DNA of 64,000 nt from the NCBI GenBank assembly GCA_963736005.1, contig CAVTNB010000003.1, positions 128,001 to 192,000 on the forward strand, written 5' to 3'. Each line of letters begins with the position of its first letter. Position 1 is the first letter of the stretch. Origin of the DNA: an uncultured Pseudomonadota bacterium (GTDB taxonomy: Bacteria > Vulcanimicrobiota > Vulcanimicrobiia > Eremiobacterales > Eremiobacteraceae). The notes under the pieces are model-generated. The model made no database searches. It was not told where the DNA came from and saw only the letters and a list, made by a program, of their open reading frames with translations. Both the position numbers and the translations under genes were made by a program. Positions 57,002-64,000 of the stretch are shown here, piece by piece.

Positions 57002-58696
57002 TTATTGCATGGACCAGTCGTAGGCGTTCCAATTTGCGGACTCCGCCGGTGACGGGGAGAATCCTGAAAACTGCTTCGGCATAACGTCGACCCGGCGTTC
57101 GGCGAACAGAAACACGGTCGGGGCCTGTTCGCCCAACTCGGTTGAGATAATGTGGTAGTCGCGAATTCTGCGCGCTTGGTCCACGTGCGTCAGCGCATCG
57201 ACCTCGCTCGCATCCAGCGTGCGGTCACACCAAAAGAGCGTGTTCTGTCCTTGCGGTGGGAACTGATTGCAACGATACAGCGATGAGTTGTCTGGATCAA
57301 CACCGCTCACCCAACCATAGTACGCTAGCTGAAACTTGCCCGAGTTGAGGATGCCACCACTTTGCTTTGAAGCAAAATACAAATTGCCAGGATAGGTCTT
57401 TTGCGTGAGCTCGATGCCGACGGCTTTTGCTTCTTGTTGCATCAGCCCCCCAAGCTTTTCAGCGATACTTTGGCCGCCAACATAAGAAAGCTGCAATGAC
57501 AATCTCGTGCCGTTCTTGACACGGATGCCGTCCGGCCCGACTTTCCAACCATCCTGATCGAGCAGTTGTGCAGCTTTGGCAGGATCGTAGGGGTAAAACG
57601 GCTGGTGGTGATCGAGCGCCCAACTAAACACAGATTGGTCCGTATCGGTTTGCACGAAGACATTGTTCGTCGCGTCCGCCGCTATCCGCGCGCGGTCGAT
57701 GGCACTCTCGATTGCGCGACGAACATTGACGTCAGCTAGGATTGGGTCTTCGACGTTGAAGTCTACATGGCCGAAGACGTTCTCAGCGGAAATCATCACA
57801 TTGTAGTCGCTCAGGCCGCGCAACTGGCCAATTTTGCCAGGGTCTGCCCTAAACCACGCGTCGAGCTCGTGGGTCTGCAATAAGGTCACGATTGTGTTCG
57901 AATCGGGGACGATGCGGTAGATGATCTTATTGAGTTTGGGTGGTCCTCGCCAATACAAGGGGTTGGCTTCCAAAGTGATGTGATCCCCGTGCACCCACTC
58001 GACAAACTTGAATGGTCCCGACCCCACAGGCGCGTTGTTCCAGGCCACGTGATTGAGGTCCGGATACTGCGCGAGCAAGTGCGCAGGGAGAATGGAGAAC
58101 CCGCCCTGCACGCCCATGAAGTACGCGACAATCGGTGCAAATACGTTCTTCATGTGGACGACCACCGTGTAAACGCCTTTGGCCTCGACGCTTGCAATTT
58201 GATCGTAGCCGGCGCGGACCTGAACGTTGTTACGCGGATTCATGATCGCTTGGTAGGTGAAGACGATATCGCGCGAGGTGAGCGGTACCCCGTCTTGCCA
58301 CTTCACGCCCGGGCGCATATGATACGTGATGGTCTTCCCGTCCGCCGAGATCCCACCGTTCGCAAGGGTGGGTACTTCGGTCGCTATCTCGGGGACGAAA
58401 TTGTCGTGATTGTCGACGTTGAAAAAGTACGAGAACATGAGATAGCTGAGGTCCACGGTCACCACTTGCGTGGAAAGCAGCGTGCTCAAGCTGTCGGGCT
58501 CCACGATCTCAGCATACCGCAGGACGCCTGGAATTGGAGCGGCGCCATTAGGCCGCGCACCACCCGATTGGGTTGATATCTTCGAACAGCCTCCGAGCGT
58601 CAGAACGCATGCAAGGGCCATACAAGCGAATGCGCGCGAATAAATTCGCGCGACTACATTGCGGCGCGAATAAATTCGCGCGACTACATGTCTCAT
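57002..58696 (-). CDS. Peptide ABC transporter substrate-binding lipoprotein (family 5)
   Basis: Lipobox LGGC, GVKWQDG, PVGSGPFKF, VRRAI; ATG overlaps the upstream TGA. Confidence 0.9.
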   Translation of the reverse strand: MRHVVARIYSRRNVVARIYSRAFACMALACVLTLGGCSKISTQSGGARPNGAAPIPGVLRYAEIVEPDSLSTLLSTQVVTVDLSYLMFSYFFNVDNHDNFVPEIATEVPTLANGGISADGKTITYHMRPGVKWQDGVPLTSRDIVFTYQAIMNPRNNVQVRAGYDQIASVEAKGVYTVVVHMKNVFAPIVAYFMGVQGGFSILPAHLLAQYPDLNHVAWNNAPVGSGPFKFVEWVHGDHITLEANPLYWRGPPKLNKIIYRIVPDSNTIVTLLQTHELDAWFRADPGKIGQLRGLSDYNVMISAENVFGHVDFNVEDPILADVNVRRAIESAIDRARIAADATNNVFVQTDTDQSVFSWALDHHQPFYPYDPAKAAQLLDQDGWKVGPDGIRVKNGTRLSLQLSYVGGQSIAEKLGGLMQQEAKAVGIELTQKTYPGNLYFASKQSGGILNSGKFQLAYYGWVSGVDPDNSSLYRCNQFPPQGQNTLFWCDRTLDASEVDALTHVDQARRIRDYHIISTELGEQAPTVFLFAERRVDVMPKQFSGFSPSPAESANWNAYDWSMQ

Positions 58697-60339
58697 TGCA
58701 TTGACCATTCCCAGGTATTCCAATTGCTCGTCGTGGCCGGGGCGGGGACGAATCCGTGCAAGTTGGGTGATGTGACAAAAATCTGACGCCAGAAATAGAG
58801 AACGATCGTCACTGACTGGGACGCGACCTCATTTTGGGTAATAGCGTAGTACTTTGCGCGCTCGCGTAAGTCGTACGTCTGACGTGCCGCTAGCTCGGCC
58901 TTTTGTAAAGTCGGGTCGCACCAGAAAAGATTGTTCTGACCTATCGGTGGAAATTCGTCGCAGCCGTAAAGTGACAATTCGTCTTCCGGGTCGACCCCGG
59001 CCACCCACGCAAAGAAACCCGTGTCGTATTTGCCCGTTTGCAAAATGCCGCCGTTTTGACCGGGCGCAAAGAAAAGTTCTGCCGGATAGTTCTTGACGCT
59101 CGCATCGATGCCGACGGCCTTTAAGTCTTGCTGGACGAGCGACTCGGTCGCCTCACCGGTCGAACCTCCGGCCACAGCCGACAAATCGAACGCCAGGCGC
59201 TGACCATTCTTTTGCAAGATGCCATCAGACCCCGGCGTCCATCCAGCCTCGGCGAGCAACGCGCGCGCCTTCGCCGGATCGTATGGATATTTCATAGCGT
59301 TTGGATTGTACGCCCACGAGAGCGGGCTAATCTCCCAGTAGGCAATGAGCTGGACGCCATGCGTGACTTTGTCGATAATGTCTTGTCTATTGATTGCGTA
59401 GTTTATCGCGCGGCGCACTCGAAGGTCGTGGAAAAGCGGATTCTTTTGGTTGAGATCGATATGGGAGTAGACAAATGATGGCTCGAGTTGTACCCGATAT
59501 TGCGGCTCGAGTTTCTTGATTTCAGTATACAGATTAGAAGGCGAACGGAACCACGCATCTATTTCATGCGTCTGCAATTGAACGAGTATGGTCGTGTCCT
59601 TGGGAACGAACTTATAAATGATATGTTGGAGCTTTGGCGGTCCGCGCCAGTAGAGAGGGTTCGCCTCTAGCTCGATGCGGTCACCGTGCAACCAGCGTAC
59701 GAACTTAAAGGGACCCGTTCCCACTGGATCGCTGTTGAACGGTACATGGTTGAGATCTGGATATTTTTCCAACAGGTGGGCGGGAAGAACCGGGTAGAGT
59801 CCTGACTCTGAAAAGAAAGTGGCGATTGACGCCGCATAGGGCCTCTTGAGGTGGAACTTCACTTCGTAATCGCCGACCGCTTCAACATGATCTATTTGAT
59901 CCCAACCATTGCGGGATTGAAGATTGTTATTTTTATTGAGGATGGCATTGGTCGTAAAAATCACGTCGTGCGAGGTGAAAGGAGCGCCGTCTTGCCACTT
60001 GACTCCCTTGCGCAGATGATAGGTAATCGTCAAGCCATCTTTGCTGATTCCGCCGTTTTCAAGCGTAGGCACTTCAACTGCGAGTTCGGGTACCCAATGC
60101 AACTTGTCGTCAATATTGAAGAAGAATCCGAAGATGAACATGTCGAGATCGGTCGCCACCGCCTGAAGCCGCAGCAGTGGATTGAGTCCGGTGGGTTCTT
60201 CAATGTCGGCGTAGCGCAGCGTGCCAGGAATCGTGTGTGAGGTGGCGTGCTGGCCGGTCTGCAAACCAACTTTCGTGCACGCGCTTACGCTCGCGCATGT
60301 GCAGGCGACGACCAAGAAGAGTACGATCTGGCGGTTCAA
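58693..60339 (-). CDS. Peptide ABC transporter substrate-binding lipoprotein (family 5), tandem paralog
   Basis: Lipobox VSAC, GVKWQDG, PVGTGPFKF, VRRAINYAINR; TTG start overlaps the upstream stop. Confidence 0.9.
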   Translation of the reverse strand: MNRQIVLFLVVACTCASVSACTKVGLQTGQHATSHTIPGTLRYADIEEPTGLNPLLRLQAVATDLDMFIFGFFFNIDDKLHWVPELAVEVPTLENGGISKDGLTITYHLRKGVKWQDGAPFTSHDVIFTTNAILNKNNNLQSRNGWDQIDHVEAVGDYEVKFHLKRPYAASIATFFSESGLYPVLPAHLLEKYPDLNHVPFNSDPVGTGPFKFVRWLHGDRIELEANPLYWRGPPKLQHIIYKFVPKDTTILVQLQTHEIDAWFRSPSNLYTEIKKLEPQYRVQLEPSFVYSHIDLNQKNPLFHDLRVRRAINYAINRQDIIDKVTHGVQLIAYWEISPLSWAYNPNAMKYPYDPAKARALLAEAGWTPGSDGILQKNGQRLAFDLSAVAGGSTGEATESLVQQDLKAVGIDASVKNYPAELFFAPGQNGGILQTGKYDTGFFAWVAGVDPEDELSLYGCDEFPPIGQNNLFWCDPTLQKAELAARQTYDLRERAKYYAITQNEVASQSVTIVLYFWRQIFVTSPNLHGFVPAPATTSNWNTWEWSMQ

Positions 60340-60695
60340 TAACTGGTCGGGGTGGCTTCGATGACGGTGATGGTACCGGCCATCGTGGGCTGGATGAGGC
60401 TGTGATATTGGAACGTGCCCGCGAGGGATGCCACCCAAGTCCAGCGACCCCCGTTGGGCGCAATAGGGCCAGAATCGAAGGCGCCCACGGCCGTCGCCGT
60501 GTGCGGCTGCGTGTCGTTATTAATGAAGGTGACGAGCGTACCTTTGGTCACGACCAGATTGCCCGGATGAAACGACGTGCTGTCGATCGTAACGGTCGCT
60601 TGGCCTGACTGGGTTTTCGAGCAAGCAAAACCCGACACCAATAAGAATGAAAGGACGCACCCTGCAACCGCAATGAAGCGCGCGCGTTTCGGCAT
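60336..60695 (-). CDS. Cupredoxin-fold lipoprotein
   Basis: GFAC lipobox, FHPGNLVV..GT.VTF.N.D..PHTAT, GTFQYHSLIQPTMAGTITV. Confidence 0.78.
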   Translation of the reverse strand: MPKRARFIAVAGCVLSFLLVSGFACSKTQSGQATVTIDSTSFHPGNLVVTKGTLVTFINNDTQPHTATAVGAFDSGPIAPNGGRWTWVASLAGTFQYHSLIQPTMAGTITVIEATPTSY

Positions 60696-60758
60696 GAGCC
60701 CGAGGTTCTTTTGGCCTTTCCCCATTCCCTTGCCATGGTGAGCGAATGCCGTACGCTC

Positions 60759-60786
60759 GAGCGGACCTAAAGGTCCGCTGCTACAT
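60759..60786 (-). repeat. REP family-1 copy
   Basis: gagcggacctaaaggtccgctgctacat. Confidence 0.9.
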
Positions 60787-60799
60787 ACGCATTTGCACC

Positions 60800-62179
60800 T
60801 TAGCTTGGCGCAAGCGTTCCTTCCGAATAGAGCAAGTTTTGCTGCGCTATCTTATAGGCGTAGAGCGCTTGCACGTAATTGGATTGCGCTGTTGTCAGCT
60901 GCGATTGTGCGTTGAGCAGCAGCGGCAACGTCGTCACGCCTGCTTTGAACTGGGCATTCGTGACATCCAGCACCACGCGCGCTTGGTCGAGCGCTACCTT
61001 GGCTGCATTGAGCGACGAACTAGCGGTTAAAAGACCGAGGTACGCTTGTTGCACGTTCAAATACACGTTGAGTTCAGCGGATTTATAGTTGGCTTCGGCT
61101 TGGGCTTCAACGGCGCGGGCTTCATCGGCTTGCGACTTGATGAGGCCACCCGAGTAGATAGGAAACGTGAGGCTTGCTCCCAGTGACCAGCTGGAGGCAA
61201 AGTTGCTGCCACTTTGACTCGTGCTGGCAGTGCCCGAACTTGCCGTACCGCCGATCACCGGAAAAGCGGCGAGCTTTGCGGCTCGGACGCTAGCCTGCGC
61301 TGAGTCGACGCTTGCCTTGGCGGCAGAAAGGTCGGTTCGCTGCAAGAGCGAGGTTGAGATCAACGAATTGAGATCAGGATTGCCCGCCGTGACGCTTGTG
61401 TCATCCTGAAGCGACACTGGCGTCGTCGCGGGTAACCCCATGGTTGTCAAGAGCGCGGCAACATTTTCGGCTTCGCCGTTTTGCGCAGATGCAAGCGTGA
61501 GCTCTGCCTGTGCGACCGGGAGCTGAGCCGTGAGGACGTCGGCTTTCGATGCAACGCCCGCGTGGTATTGCGCCTCCACGAGCTTCTCTTGAACGCGAGC
61601 CACAGAGAGCGACTGCAGCGCCGCTTGCAGCTGGTGGCGAGCTTGCAACGCCGCATAGTACTGCTGAGCTACGGTCAACAACACCGTTTGGATATCGCGC
61701 AGCAAGGTCAATTTTGCTGAGTCTGTGGTGTAGCGCGACGCCTGCACTTCTGCGTTGACGCGTCCGCCGTCGAGGATTAATTGGCTCAGCGAGACACTGC
61801 CGCTGTTCGTGGTCAGCACCGAGGGCTGGCCGGTTCCCGTGAACGCGTTGGTCTTCTGGCGTGTGTATCTACCAGAAGCGTCAATTAATGGGAGCTCGCC
61901 GCTGCGTGCGACGCCGATACCAGCTTGCGATTGATCGACGACCGCCCGCGCAAACGTTAGCTGCGGAGATGAAGCAAGCGCGATTTGCTCGGCTTGGCTC
62001 AAGTTCAGCGTCGTCGGCACAGCCGTCGGTTGTGCCGCGCTAGCGGGTTGCGTCGGCGAAGTCATCGGCACCATCGTGGGTGTCGGTGTGGGCGACGTGG
62101 GAGCACCGAAAGCCGCCGTCGCCATTCCAAAAAATGCTGTGAGAGCCGCGCACAGGAGAGCGGCCGATGTTCTATTCAT
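60800..62179 (-). CDS. TolC family outer-membrane efflux protein
   Basis: Signal peptide, two OEP repeats (L..A...A...P, Y.AG..S..D.L.A; F.AG..T...LL.AQ). Confidence 0.9.
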   Translation of the reverse strand: MNRTSAALLCAALTAFFGMATAAFGAPTSPTPTPTMVPMTSPTQPASAAQPTAVPTTLNLSQAEQIALASSPQLTFARAVVDQSQAGIGVARSGELPLIDASGRYTRQKTNAFTGTGQPSVLTTNSGSVSLSQLILDGGRVNAEVQASRYTTDSAKLTLLRDIQTVLLTVAQQYYAALQARHQLQAALQSLSVARVQEKLVEAQYHAGVASKADVLTAQLPVAQAELTLASAQNGEAENVAALLTTMGLPATTPVSLQDDTSVTAGNPDLNSLISTSLLQRTDLSAAKASVDSAQASVRAAKLAAFPVIGGTASSGTASTSQSGSNFASSWSLGASLTFPIYSGGLIKSQADEARAVEAQAEANYKSAELNVYLNVQQAYLGLLTASSSLNAAKVALDQARVVLDVTNAQFKAGVTTLPLLLNAQSQLTTAQSNYVQALYAYKIAQQNLLYSEGTLAPS

Positions 62180-62221
62180 GCTTTCCTCTATTGGAAAAGA
62201 GAGAGCGCCGTATCGGGGATA

Positions 62222-63559
62222 TTACTGGAGGGCTTGCGACGAAGATGTCGCTTGACCGCTTGCAGAGCTGATGCTTACGAGCGATCCCTCTTTGAGCGTG
62301 TCGGGCCGCTGCACGATGATCGTCGTGCCCGGCGCGATGCCCGGGCCGCTGACTTCCGCTTCGGCGTCGGTCTGAAGTCCGCGCCGTACGCTCACTGCTT
62401 TGGCTTTCCCGTCGCATTTGCACCCCGATGCGTTCGCAAGTATGTACACCTCGTCGCCGCTTTCGCCCCCAAACACCGCAGCCCTCGGCACGAGAACCAC
62501 GTCGCGGTGCTGCGCCTTGACAAAACTTGCGTTCGCGACCATACCAGCTTTGAGCAAGAGCGCGGGGTTCGTCAGGACGACGCGGGCAAGATACGAGAGC
62601 GTCCCTTGCGTCGTGGCGGAATTGACGGCATCGACCGTTCCATGCCAGCTATGTCCCGGCAGAGAATCGACCGTGATGTCAACGGATGTTCCTGCGTGGA
62701 TATAAGGAAGGTTCTCCTCCGGGATGTTCACGTTGACGTAGACCGGGTCCAGATCGGAGACTTGGACCAGCGGGGTCCCAGGCGCCGCAAGCGTGCCTGG
62801 ATCGACGCTGCGTTGGGTCAGAACACCTGAAAATGGTGCGCGAATGACGGTTTGAGCAAGCTGCGCTTGCGCGAGCTCGACCGCACCTTGGGCTTCCTGA
62901 ACTGCCGCCGCCGCATTTTGAATCTCAGACTGCGCAGAGGACGTCGTGACTCCGCCGAGATTTGCATTTTGCGCGCCGACCTGCGCACTACGCAGCTGCG
63001 CTTGCGCGGCAGCTTCGGCCTGCGCGGCTTGATCGACGGCCGATTGCGAGACAAAGCCTTGCGCGAAGAGCTGCTTGTTCCGTTGATAATTCGATAGCGC
63101 CGTTTGGTACGCAACTTGGGCTGAACTCAAGTTCGCGTTGGCGCTGCTTGCGGCGCCGACGTCGCCACTTTGCACCTGCGCAAGATGCGCGCGCGCGGCG
63201 TTGAGGCTCCCTAGGTCTTGTTGTTCTTGGGCCCGCACGGTTGAATCATCGATGCGAACGAGCACCTCGCCTGCGCTCACCTGATCTCCGACGTTCGCGC
63301 CAACTGAAATCACCGCGCCCGTGATGGCGGACTGGAGATTGCCTTGCGCCTTGGCGGCCACGATCCCAGTGAGCTCCACGCGCTCGGTAACGTCGCCTCG
63401 TCTGGCTTTTGCCACGGTGACGGACAGCGACGGCGACGGGCTCGACTGGGGCGCGGCGCCCTTGTTGGCGCAGCCCACAACGGTTGACGACAGACCCGCA
63501 GCCACTGCGCACGTCAGGATGGCGGATGTAAAAGCGAGAAAAGCTGTATTTGGTTTCAC
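62222..63559 (-). CDS. Efflux periplasmic adaptor (membrane fusion protein)
   Basis: Lipoyl halves G.V..V....GDQV.AG..L and IRAPFSGV, coiled coil, LKAGM. Confidence 0.9.
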   Translation of the reverse strand: MKPNTAFLAFTSAILTCAVAAGLSSTVVGCANKGAAPQSSPSPSLSVTVAKARRGDVTERVELTGIVAAKAQGNLQSAITGAVISVGANVGDQVSAGEVLVRIDDSTVRAQEQQDLGSLNAARAHLAQVQSGDVGAASSANANLSSAQVAYQTALSNYQRNKQLFAQGFVSQSAVDQAAQAEAAAQAQLRSAQVGAQNANLGGVTTSSAQSEIQNAAAAVQEAQGAVELAQAQLAQTVIRAPFSGVLTQRSVDPGTLAAPGTPLVQVSDLDPVYVNVNIPEENLPYIHAGTSVDITVDSLPGHSWHGTVDAVNSATTQGTLSYLARVVLTNPALLLKAGMVANASFVKAQHRDVVLVPRAAVFGGESGDEVYILANASGCKCDGKAKAVSVRRGLQTDAEAEVSGPGIAPGTTIIVQRPDTLKEGSLVSISSASGQATSSSQALQ

Positions 63560-63616
63560 GGACCTGCTTACTCTCCTGGCCTTGCAAATGTTACGATAAT
63601 ACTGAAGGTAAACTAG

Positions 63617-64000
63617 ATGACCAAAAAACCGGCAAATATCGGACTCTGGCTCGTGGTGCTTGGGCTTTTCGCGGTGGCCGGCCTCCTTGCATTGCGGGAT
63701 TATCACGCCTTCCACCAAGCTGCGTTGGCAAGTCCGGTTGGCAAAGCCGCGCCGGACGCACCCGTCACAACTCTTGCGGGCGAACCACTCCGCCTTTCAT
63801 CCTTTCACGGCCAACCGGTGTGGCTCAACTTTTTTGCAACCTGGTGTCCGCCGTGCAAAGCGGAGATGCCGGCGATCGAGCGACATTATCGCCAGTTGCA
63901 CGGAGCGCACTTGCAGGTCGTCGGTGTCGATCAGGAAGAGACGCCGCAACTTATCGAGCGCTTTGTGAAGCCGTTCTCGATTACATACCCAATCGTTATC
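63617..64000 (+). CDS. TlpA/ResA-like thiol-disulfide oxidoreductase, runs off the window end
   Basis: Manual translation: N-terminal TM, GKAAPD, LNFFATWCPPCKAEMP. Confidence 0.88.
   Translation, partial: MTKKPANIGLWLVVLGLFAVAGLLALRDYHAFHQAALASPVGKAAPDAPVTTLAGEPLRLSSFHGQPVWLNFFATWCPPCKAEMPAIERHYRQLHGAHLQVVGVDQEETPQLIERFVKPFSITYPIVI

Overview
GC-rich bacterial chromosomal window, mostly housekeeping genes: topA-trmFO-hslV, oppDF, secG, murI, an amidase, tmRNA, uvrC, tRNA-Pro, two trkA, miaB-mutS...mutL-miaA-hfq-dapF, der-plsY-efp, DAHP synthase, ubiX and hemL. A TonB-dependent receptor and a TolC show a diderm envelope; together with the Firmicutes-like gene order this suggests Eremiobacterota/WPS-2 (inference). 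Three things stand out. (1) A REP-associated tyrosine transposase (RAYT) lies next to a polarised head-to-tail array of 41-bp REP units. Three GTAG-headed REP families are scattered across the window; several copies sit in frame inside proteins (TrmFO, DapF, MutL, a lipoprotein signal peptide) or supply stop codons. (2) Two tandem, separately terminated PilV/PilW/large-PilX-like minor-pilin cassettes each have CRP-like boxes upstream, and the same box precedes a diguanylate cyclase. (3) Smaller oddities include a candidate sRNA, two cupredoxins with altered copper ligands, a lipoprotein that seems to start at ATC and a probable leaderless gene. Five frameshifts (topA, mutL, a UPF0158 fusion, two in a LeuA-like gene) are most likely sequencing indels. 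All calls come from motif recognition by eye; no database searches were run.
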